From Candidatus Poribacteria bacterium (GTDB taxonomy: Bacteria > Poribacteria > WGA-4E > WGA-3G), in contig JAJDXV010000079.1 of assembly GCA_022823085.1 (NCBI GenBank), positions 5,943 to 69,942 on the forward strand: 64,000 nucleotides of DNA, read 5' to 3'. The position numbers were made by a program, and so were the translations under genes. A model generated the notes under the pieces. The model saw only the letters and a program-made list of their open reading frames with translations. It searched no databases and was not told the DNA's origin. This document shows, one piece after another, positions 1 to 10,225 of the stretch. Position 1 is the first letter of the stretch. Every line of letters starts with the position of its first letter.

Positions 1-1
1 T

Positions 2-538
2 ACCGCGTTCCTGAAGAAGTTTGACATTTCCAAGGCACATCTCATCGGTCATTCCTTTGGTGGAAGAATCTCGATTATCCTTTCAGCGGAACACCCTGAG
101 AAAGTGGACAAACTCATCCTTGTGGATAGTGCTGGACTTAAACCGAAACGGCCTGCCAAATATTATCTGCGCGTAGGACTCGCGAAAGCAGGTAAATGGA
201 TCCGACGGTGTGGAACACCCGGCGAACGACTCGCGAACGCACTCTCCGCACGTCTCGGCTCTAAAGACTATCAAGATGCCGGCGAAATGCGTGAAACGCT
301 TGTTAAAGTCGTGAATCAAGACCTACGTTCTCTGCTACCTCGGATCTCCGCATCAACACTCCTTATCTGGGGGGAACACGATAAGGATACACCCCTATGG
401 TTCGGAAAAGTTATGGAACGCGAGATACCTGATGCAGGATTAGTCGTACTAAAAGAGGCAGGACACTTCTCATACCTTGACCAGTTTCCGCAATTTTGCC
501 GAATCGTCGCCAGTTTTTTAAAGATCGCAAACGCGTAG
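2..538 (+). CDS. alpha/beta-fold hydrolase (5' end outside window)
   Basis: Frame is open from nt 2 (TAFLKKFDISKAHLIGHSFGGRISIIL...). GHSFGG nucleophile elbow at ~nt 47-64. The ORF track shows only the part after GTG 104. Confidence 0.75.
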   Translation, partial: TAFLKKFDISKAHLIGHSFGGRISIILSAEHPEKVDKLILVDSAGLKPKRPAKYYLRVGLAKAGKWIRRCGTPGERLANALSARLGSKDYQDAGEMRETLVKVVNQDLRSLLPRISASTLLIWGEHDKDTPLWFGKVMEREIPDAGLVVLKEAGHFSYLDQFPQFCRIVASFLKIANA

Positions 539-577
539 GAAGTATTACAGACACAGGCTCAAGACAAGGAAAAAACA

Positions 578-2254
578 ATGACTTTGGAGAACATCAGTAC
601 AATACTTTTCTACTTCGCCACCTTAACCTGTTTGGCACGGGCAATCGTCAGAACCGCAAGTGGACTCCACATACTTCAACTTGACGGTTACAAAACCGGC
701 AGATACCTGAAGTGGATACGCCAACACCCGACGAGCTGTTTTGAAGTCAAAGAGATCCTTATGATTGGAGCCTTGTTGATTCTCACAGCGTTCTATCCAC
801 AGTATCACGACACGTGGATTTTCCCTGGCCTGTGCCTAGGATGGGGGGCGTTCCAAATCTATCTCAGCACGCGACGAAAAAAGACTAAAGCGAAAAAGCC
901 GCTCGTCTACACAGCACGTGCGAAACGCGTATTTGGACTTTCGATCTGCTTACTCGCTGCCACCACAACCGCACTCGTCTTAGGCGCGAAAGCAGACCCG
1001 TGGCGAGTCGCTATCCTCCTTTTCAGTGAGATAGCCGTCATTAACCTAACCGTTGCGAACCTGCTCATTTATCCTTTGGAGCGGACGATAAATGAGGCAT
1101 ACCTCCTCTCTGCAAGGAGACGCATCAAGACACTTCAACCCAGAGTCATCGGTATTACCGGAAGTTACGGCAAAACGAGTACGAAGTATATTTTGCATCA
1201 AATCCTATCACAGAAATTCAACACTTTAATGACACCGAACAGTTACAATACACCGATGGGAATTTGTAAGGTTATCCGTGGTGATCTAACTGCAGAACAC
1301 GAGGTCTTTATTGTTGAAATGGGTGCCTATAAACGCGGCGACATCCGAGAATTGTGCAATTTAGCGTTCCCCCAAATCGGTATTCTCACGGCTGTCGGTC
1401 CGCAACATTTGGAACGGTTTAAAAGCATAGAAAACATCGCAAAAGGAAAATATGAACTCATTGAGTCTTTACCGGCGGATGGACTTGCTGTCTTCAATTG
1501 CGACAACGAAATTTGTGCCGGACTTGCCGATAAACGGGCACAGACTGGAAGTCCCGTCCGACGCTACGCGACGGAAGCGTCTCCTGTGGCTTCAGTCGCC
1601 GACACTGCCGATCTGATCGCTACGAACGTTCGATACACGGATAACGGACTCGCCTTCACCGTACATGCGAATACTGAGAAATTCGATATGACGGACACCG
1701 AAATTCAGACGCGACTTTTAGGTAAACACAATGTGTCCAACATTCTCGCTGCTATGACAGTCGCTATGGAATGTGGAATGGAACTTGAAGAGATTCGGGA
1801 AACCGTCGCTAAGGTCGAACCTGTACCGCATCGATTACAATTGACAACCGGTGCCGGTGGTGTGACCATTATTGATGACAGTTTCAACTCGAATCCTGTC
1901 GGCGCGAAGGCGGCACTTGAAGCACTTAGTGAGATCGGGGACGGGAAAAAGGTACTCGTAACACCCGGCATGATAGAACTCGGTGAAAAAGAATACGAAG
2001 AAAACAGGCGGCTCGGTGAAGCAGCTGCCGATGTCTGCGATCTGGTTATCTTAGTGGGTCCGATACAAACCAAACCGATCCGTGACGGTTTGAAAGCCGC
2101 TGAATACCCGAGCCAACAGATTATTGTCGCTCTTAACTTGGAAGAGGTAAAACAACATTTAGCAACACACGTCCAAGCCGGTGATGTTGTCCTCTTCGAG
2201 AACGACCTCCCGGACAATTATAACGAGGAACAGGAGTCGGCTATCAGTTTTTAG
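578..2254 (+). CDS. murF: MurF-like Mur ligase (UDP-MurNAc-tripeptide--D-Ala-D-Ala ligase) with a polytopic membrane N-terminus
   Basis: Mur-ligase P-loop GITGSYGKTSTK plus DDSFNSNP and TPGMIELG motifs. Sits at the head of the dcw cluster next to ddl. Residues 1-~185 are 4-5 hydrophobic helices instead of the usual MurF N-domain. Confidence 0.8.
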   Translation: MTLENISTILFYFATLTCLARAIVRTASGLHILQLDGYKTGRYLKWIRQHPTSCFEVKEILMIGALLILTAFYPQYHDTWIFPGLCLGWGAFQIYLSTRRKKTKAKKPLVYTARAKRVFGLSICLLAATTTALVLGAKADPWRVAILLFSEIAVINLTVANLLIYPLERTINEAYLLSARRRIKTLQPRVIGITGSYGKTSTKYILHQILSQKFNTLMTPNSYNTPMGICKVIRGDLTAEHEVFIVEMGAYKRGDIRELCNLAFPQIGILTAVGPQHLERFKSIENIAKGKYELIESLPADGLAVFNCDNEICAGLADKRAQTGSPVRRYATEASPVASVADTADLIATNVRYTDNGLAFTVHANTEKFDMTDTEIQTRLLGKHNVSNILAAMTVAMECGMELEEIRETVAKVEPVPHRLQLTTGAGGVTIIDDSFNSNPVGAKAALEALSEIGDGKKVLVTPGMIELGEKEYEENRRLGEAAADVCDLVILVGPIQTKPIRDGLKAAEYPSQQIIVALNLEEVKQHLATHVQAGDVVLFENDLPDNYNEEQESAISF

Positions 2255-2387
2255 GTATCGGTTACCAGTTAAGAGACAACCTGTGGCAGTTATAGATGAT
2301 GCTCCTGCCACAGCAACCCTCTTTAACTGATAACTGAAAGGTTTTTCGCAGAAAAACCGTACTGATAACTGACAACTACTAAAAAAT

Positions 2388-3593
2388 ATGTCAAAACACA
2401 ATGTAGTCCTTATATTCGGCGGACGCACACCTGAACACGAAGTCTCAATCGTAACCGCACACCAGGTCTGTCTCGCTTTGCAAGAGAACCATAACGTCAT
2501 CCCAATTTACGTCACGAAGAACGGTGAATGGCTGACAGGCGACGCGCTTCACGATTTATCCGCTTTCACTGAAGGGTCTTTACCACATCCGTCTGATTTC
2601 GACAAAGTTACCGTCGAATTCCATCCGGAACCGAAATTTGTTGTCAATTCCAAACATTGGCTCGGTCAGAACCTCCGCAAGCGGACAGTTCTTCCAGTAG
2701 ATGTTGTTTTTCCGGCGATACACGGGATGCATGGCGAAGACGGCACCCTCCAAGGTCTGTTAGAACTCATGAATCTACCTTATGTTGGGGCTGGTGTGGT
2801 CGGTTCAGTTGTCGGTATGGACAAAATCGTGATGAAAGCGATTTTCAACGAAAACCGACTCCCCGTGCTTCCTTATGTATGGTGGGATCAGCAAGAGTGG
2901 GAAATCGGAGCCGACGCGATTATTGAAGATGTCGAGACAACGCTCCCCTATCCGCTCTTTGTCAAACCTGCGATGGGAGGCTCCAGTATCGGGGTCGCCC
3001 ATGTCAAAAATCAGGATGAACTCCTCAGTGCTATTGAGGTCGCCGGACACTACTCGCGTAGAATGCTCGCTGAGCAAGCCGTTGAAGACCCCATTGAAAT
3101 CAATTGTGCCGTCATAGGAACAGATGAACCGACAGTTTCTGTCTGTGAACAACCCATAACAGAGGCGAACTTCCTCAGCTTTGACGATAAATATATCCAT
3201 CAAGAAGAGGAATCTTCAGGAATGGCAGGTGCAGATCGGAAAATTCCTGCACCCATTTCAGAAGAACTGACGTTACATATACAACAGCTCGCGAAACGCA
3301 CCTTTCAAGTTTTAGATTCTGCCGGTGTCGCACGTATTGACTTTTTCGTAGATGCCGATGAAAATGTTTACGTCAATGAAATTAATACGATCCCCGGTTC
3401 GTATAGCTATTATTTGTGGGAACATCAAGGCATTGAATTCCCGCAACTTGTATCTGAACTGATCGGCTTAGCGTTTGCAGCGCACGCAGAGAAAAATACA
3501 TTAACCTATACTTATACGACCAATCTCCTAAGCCAAGCAGATGCGAGCCTTTCAAAATTGAAAAGGGGGAACAAACTCGGAGATAGGGCGTAA
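2388..3593 (+). CDS. ddl: D-alanine--D-alanine ligase
   Basis: ATP-grasp/Ddl motifs GGRTPEHEVS, HGMHGEDGTLQGLLELMNLPYVG, EINTIPG. Confidence 0.9.
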   Translation: MSKHNVVLIFGGRTPEHEVSIVTAHQVCLALQENHNVIPIYVTKNGEWLTGDALHDLSAFTEGSLPHPSDFDKVTVEFHPEPKFVVNSKHWLGQNLRKRTVLPVDVVFPAIHGMHGEDGTLQGLLELMNLPYVGAGVVGSVVGMDKIVMKAIFNENRLPVLPYVWWDQQEWEIGADAIIEDVETTLPYPLFVKPAMGGSSIGVAHVKNQDELLSAIEVAGHYSRRMLAEQAVEDPIEINCAVIGTDEPTVSVCEQPITEANFLSFDDKYIHQEEESSGMAGADRKIPAPISEELTLHIQQLAKRTFQVLDSAGVARIDFFVDADENVYVNEINTIPGSYSYYLWEHQGIEFPQLVSELIGLAFAAHAEKNTLTYTYTTNLLSQADASLSKLKRGNKLGDRA

Positions 3594-3634
3594 ATGAAAT
3601 TAAAAAATCGCTGATGCTTTTCTTGTAGGCTAAA

Positions 3635-4738
3635 ATGTTTTACCAGTTCCTGTACGAGAATCTCGTCGATATCTTTTCGCCATTCAACGTCTTTCGCTAC
3701 ATCAGTTTCCGTGCTATTTATGCAACGGCAACATCGCTTATCATTGCACTCGTCTTGGGTCCATTTATGATAAGACGGCTCAAGCAGCTCCGGATCGGCG
3801 AACATATACGCGAAGAGGGACCCAAAGACTACCAAAGTAAAGCCGGAACCCCAACGATGGGCGGTGTCCTCATCATCGCCTCCGTGCTGATATCGGTGAT
3901 ATTTTGGTCACGACTGGATCAGCACTATATCTACCTGATGATTTTGGCGACCCTCTGGTTCGGTGGACTCGGGTTTCTCGATGATTACAGCAAACTGGTT
4001 AAACAGCAATCCTTAGGGCTGCGCGGATGGCATAAGATCATCCTTCAAACCGTCGGTGCCTTGGCAATTGCAAGCTATCTTTACAAATGGGGACCCGCAC
4101 AAGTTGGCGATCTAACAACACGAACATCACTGATCCTCCCTTTTTTCAAAGATGTGCAACCAAACTTAGGTATCCTATTTATTCCGTTCGCAACCTTGGT
4201 CATTGTCGGTGCCTCTAACGCCGTTAATCTTACGGACGGAATGGATGGATTGGCGATCGGTTGTACGTTGTTCGTCGCAGGGACTTTGGGAATCGTCGGC
4301 TATATGACGAGTCACAACGAGATCGCAGCCTACCTGAATATCTTCCACCTACCGATGAGCGGTGAAGTCGCGACGATTTTCTGTGCTTCATTGGTCGGGG
4401 CAGGCTTAGGGTTCTTATGGTACAATGGTCATCCGGCGCAGGTCTTTATGGGAGATACCGGCTCTTTAGCACTCGGCGCAACGCTCGGAACCGTGGCTGT
4501 CCTTATAAAACAGGAGTTTCTACTTCTGATTGTCGGTGCTATCTTCGTTGCCGAGACACTCTCGGTTATCATTCAGGTCTGGTCCTACCGCACATTTGGT
4601 AAACGCGTGTTCAAGATGTCACCGATTCACTATCATTTCTTGCTCTCTGGTTGGAAGGAATCTAAAGTCGTTATCAGGTTTTGGATTATCGGACTCATCT
4701 TAGTTTTAATCGCTTTGAGTACGTTGAAACTCCGGTAG
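3635..4738 (+). CDS. mraY: phospho-N-acetylmuramoyl-pentapeptide transferase
   Basis: NLTDGMDGLA and GDTGSLALG motifs; multi-TM protein; dcw context. Confidence 0.95.
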   Translation: MFYQFLYENLVDIFSPFNVFRYISFRAIYATATSLIIALVLGPFMIRRLKQLRIGEHIREEGPKDYQSKAGTPTMGGVLIIASVLISVIFWSRLDQHYIYLMILATLWFGGLGFLDDYSKLVKQQSLGLRGWHKIILQTVGALAIASYLYKWGPAQVGDLTTRTSLILPFFKDVQPNLGILFIPFATLVIVGASNAVNLTDGMDGLAIGCTLFVAGTLGIVGYMTSHNEIAAYLNIFHLPMSGEVATIFCASLVGAGLGFLWYNGHPAQVFMGDTGSLALGATLGTVAVLIKQEFLLLIVGAIFVAETLSVIIQVWSYRTFGKRVFKMSPIHYHFLLSGWKESKVVIRFWIIGLILVLIALSTLKLR

Positions 4739-4772
4739 GTGTCGTTTTGCACTACGCATTGAGGGATTTTGT

Positions 4773-6188
4773 GTGCAATTACAAGGAAAACAGGTCACAG
4801 TTTTTGGGATAAATCGAAGTGGCATCGCCGCTGCAAAATTACTACAGACATCCGGTGCTACGGTCACGGTTACGGATACACGCACCGCTGATACACTGTC
4901 AACAGAAATCGCTGCGTTAGACCACTCACACAATTCGGATCAAACCGGCAGTCCGTATCGAAAATTTTTAGGGGGACATCCACCAGAATGCCTCGCTGAC
5001 GCGGATTTTGTAGTCGTTTCACCGGGGGTACCACTTGAGATTCCGATTCTTTGTGACGCGCGGGCACGGAACCTCCCGATCCTCGCAGAATTGGAAGTCG
5101 CTGCACGGGCATGTGCAGCGCCGATTGTCGCAATCACTGGCACAAAAGGAAAATCAACAACGACACTCCTTACGGCAGCGATCCTGAAAGCTACCGACCG
5201 GTTCCAGAACGTCTGTGTCGCAGGCAACATCGGTGTCCCACTGGCAGCGGAGGTACAAAACCTTACAGATAGAGACATCGTTGTGGTTGAGGCGAGCAGC
5301 TTTCAGTTAGAAAGCACCGTCACTTTTCATCCGAAGGTCAGTGTCATGCTGAACCTATCGCGCGATCACTTAGACCGCCACAAAACGATGGCTGCCTATC
5401 GCGCAGCGAAACAGAAAATTACGGATAATCAGACCCCTGCCGACTGGATGATACTTAACGGTTCGGATCCGACGCTCAAGGAATTCGCTGGATCAACGGC
5501 GGCGAAAATCGTCTATTTTACCGACACTGGTGCACCTGAGGATGCGACATTTTCGAGCGTGTTTCGGGAGGGAACAGGACTGTTCGCACGCTCGGGCGGG
5601 ATCCGTAAGAAAGTGGGTCATGTCGCTGATATCCCACTTCGCGGGGCACACAACGTACAGAACGTCCTCGCTGCGATTGCTGTTGGACTGATTTTCGGCG
5701 CGACGGCACCCGAAATTCAGCAAGCCCTACAGACGTTCGACCGATCGCATCCTGCACTCTCTCACGCTTTTGAACCTGTGAGAACGTTGACAGGTGTCGA
5801 ATTCATAGACGACTCAAAGGCGACAAACGTCGCAGCAGTTAAGGCAGCCCTCGAATCGATAGAGGACTCAAAAATTATTCTGATAATGGGCGGCTACGAT
5901 AAAGGGAATGACTATACGCCGCTACGTCAACTTGTGAAGGATCGGGTCAAGACCGCTGTGATGCTCGGTGAATACACCCAGCAGATTGAAAAGACTCTCG
6001 TCGATACGACAGACATAGTGAAGGCGAAAACAATGGCAGAAGCGGTGCGACTCGCTTACAAAAATGCGGGACCCGGAGACATCGTCCTATTGTCACCGGC
6101 GAATGCAAGTTTTGATATGTACACGGATTATAAGGCACGCGGTGCTGATTTTAACGCAGCCGTTAATGCCCTTCAACCAAAAAAATAA
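4773..6188 (+). CDS. murD: UDP-N-acetylmuramoylalanine--D-glutamate ligase
   Basis: N-terminal Rossmann segment VTVFGINRSG, P-loop ITGTKGKSTT, DDSKATN motif; GTG start. Confidence 0.9.
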   Translation: MQLQGKQVTVFGINRSGIAAAKLLQTSGATVTVTDTRTADTLSTEIAALDHSHNSDQTGSPYRKFLGGHPPECLADADFVVVSPGVPLEIPILCDARARNLPILAELEVAARACAAPIVAITGTKGKSTTTLLTAAILKATDRFQNVCVAGNIGVPLAAEVQNLTDRDIVVVEASSFQLESTVTFHPKVSVMLNLSRDHLDRHKTMAAYRAAKQKITDNQTPADWMILNGSDPTLKEFAGSTAAKIVYFTDTGAPEDATFSSVFREGTGLFARSGGIRKKVGHVADIPLRGAHNVQNVLAAIAVGLIFGATAPEIQQALQTFDRSHPALSHAFEPVRTLTGVEFIDDSKATNVAAVKAALESIEDSKIILIMGGYDKGNDYTPLRQLVKDRVKTAVMLGEYTQQIEKTLVDTTDIVKAKTMAEAVRLAYKNAGPGDIVLLSPANASFDMYTDYKARGADFNAAVNALQPKK

Positions 6189-6248
6189 AATAGACGCAAT
6201 AAACCGGCGCTGTGGATCTAAGTCATACACGGAAGGAAAAACGCCAAA

Positions 6249-7517
6249 ATGTTTCGCAGTTATCAGAACTCTTCCCGTAGTCGGAAGAACTTCAAGACAA
6301 AACGAAAACCTGGACCCTGGTGGACAAACACACGCGACTACTTTGATTCTCAAGAAGAGCGGGAACCGATATTTGCGTCGCTATCTCAGGGCAAACAGGG
6401 AAGAATGGATAAAGTGCTATTAGCAGTGACCCTCTGCCTCATAGCAATCGGCGTTTTGATGGTATACAGTTCAAGCCATCTGCTCTCTTCAAGACACTAT
6501 GGCGGATACAGTTTCCGATACCTGCAAATACATATCATCGCATGTGGACTCGGTTTAGTCGGTATGTACATGGCTTCTTATCTACCCTATAAGTTTTATG
6601 CAAGATATGCGAACCTCTTTTTGATACTCTCTTTCGTCATGTTGTTATTGGTTTTCGTGCCGAGTTTAGGATCAAGTGTACAAGGTGCCGAGGGTGGGAG
6701 ATTTAGACGCTGGATCCGGATCGGAAATTTACCGATCAACTTCCAACCCGTAGAACTTGCCAAAATAGCGTTGGTTATACATGTCGCGAATTTCATCAGT
6801 CGTAACCCGGAACGCCTTAAGAGCTTCTTTAACGGTGTACTTCCGAATATCCTGATTATTACTGCCGCTTTCGGACTTGTCGTCAGCCAACCAGATTTCG
6901 GGTCGGCGTTCTTGTTAGCAGTAACCGTCGGCATCGTGCTCTTCGTCGGCGGAATGCGTATCTGGCACATGTTAACACTTTCTGGCATCAGCATCGCGGG
7001 TCTCAGTTTACTCATCGCCCGAGATTCATATAAACTGAAACGACTCATGGACTATTTCGCAATGTTGAAATCGCCGGATGCGACCAATTACCAACTCACA
7101 CGCTCACTCGATGCGCTTGAAGGCGGCGGTCTCCTCGGATTGGGACTCGATAGCAGCCTACAAAAAATCTCACGGCTACCCTACCCACACACCGATTTTA
7201 TCTTTGCCGTGTTGGGTGAAGAATTCGGGTTTATCGGTACCGCAGCTGTAACAATCATTTTTATGTTATTTATCTGGCGCGGACTGCACATCGCACGATA
7301 TACAAGTGACCATTTCGGGTCCCTGCTCGCTATCGGTATCACGACTTTGATCGGTTTGCAAGCCTTTATCAACATCGGGGTTGTGACAGGCCTACTACCG
7401 ACGAAAGGGATTACGCTACCTTTTATCAGTTATGGCGGTTCGTCAATCGTTCTCAGCTTATTGAGTGTCGGCATCCTTCTCAATATTTCAAGGGGTATGA
7501 ATCGGGAGACTGAATAA
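6249..7517 (+). CDS. ftsW: SEDS peptidoglycan glycosyltransferase FtsW
   Basis: PVELAKI, TDFIFAVLGEEFGFIG, LPTKGITLPFISYGGSS. A 52-aa basic N-extension makes the alternative ATG at 6405 (MDKVLLAV...) possible. Confidence 0.9.
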   Translation: MFRSYQNSSRSRKNFKTKRKPGPWWTNTRDYFDSQEEREPIFASLSQGKQGRMDKVLLAVTLCLIAIGVLMVYSSSHLLSSRHYGGYSFRYLQIHIIACGLGLVGMYMASYLPYKFYARYANLFLILSFVMLLLVFVPSLGSSVQGAEGGRFRRWIRIGNLPINFQPVELAKIALVIHVANFISRNPERLKSFFNGVLPNILIITAAFGLVVSQPDFGSAFLLAVTVGIVLFVGGMRIWHMLTLSGISIAGLSLLIARDSYKLKRLMDYFAMLKSPDATNYQLTRSLDALEGGGLLGLGLDSSLQKISRLPYPHTDFIFAVLGEEFGFIGTAAVTIIFMLFIWRGLHIARYTSDHFGSLLAIGITTLIGLQAFINIGVVTGLLPTKGITLPFISYGGSSIVLSLLSVGILLNISRGMNRETE

Positions 7518-7564
7518 AACCCAATTAACCGTTTAGGTCAGATGGCGTTTCGATAGGTTCAACT

Positions 7565-8764
7565 ATGGTTACTTCTAAACATTACGATACAAATATATCA
7601 GAGACAAGTCGTCATGATACAGCGGCACTCCAGCACATAGAAACGTCCAAGAGCGTCGTTATTGCCGGGGGCGGCACAGGGGGCCACATCTATCCGGCGA
7701 TTGGCATTGCCCAAGCACTTCAACGCTTGGATGACACGGTGGACATTGTATTCGTCGGTGGTGCCGGTAAATTGGAATCGACGCTCGTCCCGAAACACGG
7801 TTTCCATTTCCTCCCTATTTCAGTCGCCGGTTTCCCGAGACGCATAACGCTGGAATGGTTTCCTGTCATCTGGAAAGCGTTTCGTGGACTCACCCAATCT
7901 CTGCAGTATATGACGCAGCTGAAACCCGACATCGTTATCGGAACCGGTGGATATGTTTCCGGGCCAGTGCTTTTCGCTGCGCTTCTTCGTAGGATTCCGA
8001 TAGTGATCCAAGAACAGAACGCTTCTGTCGGTTTAACGAATGGCGTTTTAGCACGCTGGGCGAAGGCAGTCTATCTCGCTATGGCATCTGCACGCGAGAA
8101 CAACGCATTCCGACACACAAGACATATTGAGGTCACCGGAAACCCGATCCGTCCAGCCATCACTGAATTTCCGAGATGTAACGAAACATATCAGAAATTC
8201 GGGTTATCGCCAGACCTAAAAACTGTTTTTGTGATGGGCGGAAGTCAAGGCGCGCGGGCGATTAATGAGGCTGTTGTTACCGCACTGCCACACCTACGCA
8301 AATTTGCCGGACAGATACAAATCGTTCACCAAACCGGCGCAGCTGAGGCAGCGACAGTTCAAAGCGAATATGAAAGACACACGAAATTAGACACTAAATT
8401 TCTACACTGCGTGCGTCCTTTCTTTGATACTGTTGAACAGATATACAGCATTGCCGACATCATGATCTGCAGGGCAGGTGGGATGACTGTCGCTGAAGTC
8501 ACCGCATGTGGTATCCCAGCAATCTTTATACCTTTACCTTCACAAACCGGAAATGACCAAGTCTTAAATGCACACAGTGTCGCTAAAGAAGGTGCCGCTG
8601 TCGTGTTAGAACAAGGAAAATTTACGGTAAACACGCTTGTTGAAAAGCTGACCAGCACCTTACTCGATAGAGATACGCACGAACGGATGGTTACCGCGAG
8701 TCGCGCACTCGGTAAGCCTCACGCCAGCGATGATATTGCTAAATCTATTCTTTCGCACGCTTAA
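7565..8764 (+). CDS. murG: UDP-GlcNAc:lipid I GlcNAc transferase
   Basis: GGGTGGHIYPA, GGSQGA, CRAGGMTVAEV motifs; dcw context. Confidence 0.9.
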   Translation: MVTSKHYDTNISETSRHDTAALQHIETSKSVVIAGGGTGGHIYPAIGIAQALQRLDDTVDIVFVGGAGKLESTLVPKHGFHFLPISVAGFPRRITLEWFPVIWKAFRGLTQSLQYMTQLKPDIVIGTGGYVSGPVLFAALLRRIPIVIQEQNASVGLTNGVLARWAKAVYLAMASARENNAFRHTRHIEVTGNPIRPAITEFPRCNETYQKFGLSPDLKTVFVMGGSQGARAINEAVVTALPHLRKFAGQIQIVHQTGAAEAATVQSEYERHTKLDTKFLHCVRPFFDTVEQIYSIADIMICRAGGMTVAEVTACGIPAIFIPLPSQTGNDQVLNAHSVAKEGAAVVLEQGKFTVNTLVEKLTSTLLDRDTHERMVTASRALGKPHASDDIAKSILSHA

Positions 8765-8787
8765 CTAACTTTCGCCAAAGGGAAAAA

Positions 8788-10155
8788 ATGTTTGGAAAAA
8801 CACGACACATACATATCATCGGTATTGGCGGCGCAGGTTTAAGTGGAATCACTGAAATTCTGCTGGACCTTGGATTTCATGTAACAGGATCAGATATTCG
8901 CGAGTCATACACAACAGAGCATTTGCGTAAACGCGGGGCGACGATCCACTACAAACACGCCGCAACGCACGTCCAGGGGGCTGACGTTGTCGTTACCTCG
9001 CCAGCGATCCCTGTCGATAACCGAGAACTCGTTGCCGCAAAGGCTGCGAATATTCCGATCGTTAGAGGCGCGGAAATGCTCAACGAGATTACACGGATGC
9101 GCTATAGTATAGCCGTCAGCGGAACACACGGGAAAACAACGACGACCGCCATGACAGCGACAGTCCTTAGCAGCCTTGACCCGACGGTCGTCGTTGGTGG
9201 GAAACTCGTGGATGGCAGCCACGCCAGAACCGGTGAAGGCGATGTTATGGTCATTGAAGCAGACGAGGCTTATGGTTCCATTGAGATGTTCTATCCGACG
9301 GTCGCTGTCGTTACGTCTGTCGACGCGGATCACCTCGATTATTACAGCAGCGTTGATGAAATCGCGGAAACCTTTCTCAAATTTATTAATAAGGTACCGT
9401 TCTATGGCACAGCGGTACTCTGCCTCGACGCAGAGAATATCCAAAAATTCATCCCACGGATTAAGAAACGCTATATCACTTACGGTCTCGATACACGGGC
9501 AGACTTAATCGCCGAAGCGATTACCGTCGAAGGTCCAACATCGCGCTACCGTGTCCGAAGAAACGGACATCTATACGGTGAAATCCATCTTAAAATGCCA
9601 GGACGGCATAACATCTCTAACTCCTTGGCAGCGATCGCTGTCGGTCTCGAACTTGAGGTGCCATTTGAGTGTATTCGGGAGAGCCTCGAGTCGTTCCAAG
9701 GTGTGCATCGACGTTTTGAAGTACTCGGTGAAGCAAATAATATCATCGTCGTTGACGATTATGCCCATAATCCAGCGAAATTGAAAGCAGCACTCAGCGG
9801 GGCAAGGGACGGCTACAAGCGTCGTATCGTCGCAGTTTTCCAGCCACATCGATACCAACGCGTCAGAGATTTAGCAGACGAATTTGCCCGATCCTTTTAT
9901 CAGGCGGATGTACTTATTGTTACATCCATTTACGGAGCAGGTGAGGCACCTATCGAAAACGTTACCGCCGAGAAACTGGCAGAATCAATACAAGCACACG
10001 GACACCGACAAGTACTTTATGTCCCCGATGCCAATGAAATTACCGATGTCCTCATGGATATAACGCAACCTGAGGACATCGTGATAACGTTAGGCGCGGG
10101 CGATATTAGTAAGATCGGACGTGCATTCCTAAAAAGGCTTCAGGCATCGAACTAA
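8788..10155 (+). CDS. murC: UDP-N-acetylmuramate--L-alanine ligase
   Basis: IGIGGAGLSGI, SGTHGKTTTT, DDYAHNP motifs. Confidence 0.9.
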   Translation: MFGKTRHIHIIGIGGAGLSGITEILLDLGFHVTGSDIRESYTTEHLRKRGATIHYKHAATHVQGADVVVTSPAIPVDNRELVAAKAANIPIVRGAEMLNEITRMRYSIAVSGTHGKTTTTAMTATVLSSLDPTVVVGGKLVDGSHARTGEGDVMVIEADEAYGSIEMFYPTVAVVTSVDADHLDYYSSVDEIAETFLKFINKVPFYGTAVLCLDAENIQKFIPRIKKRYITYGLDTRADLIAEAITVEGPTSRYRVRRNGHLYGEIHLKMPGRHNISNSLAAIAVGLELEVPFECIRESLESFQGVHRRFEVLGEANNIIVVDDYAHNPAKLKAALSGARDGYKRRIVAVFQPHRYQRVRDLADEFARSFYQADVLIVTSIYGAGEAPIENVTAEKLAESIQAHGHRQVLYVPDANEITDVLMDITQPEDIVITLGAGDISKIGRAFLKRLQASN

Positions 10156-10225
10156 GCAAAACGATCTCCTAAACGATCAGAACGAAAATCGGTGCTTATG
10201 AGAACGTGGAAAAGAGGGTTCATTT

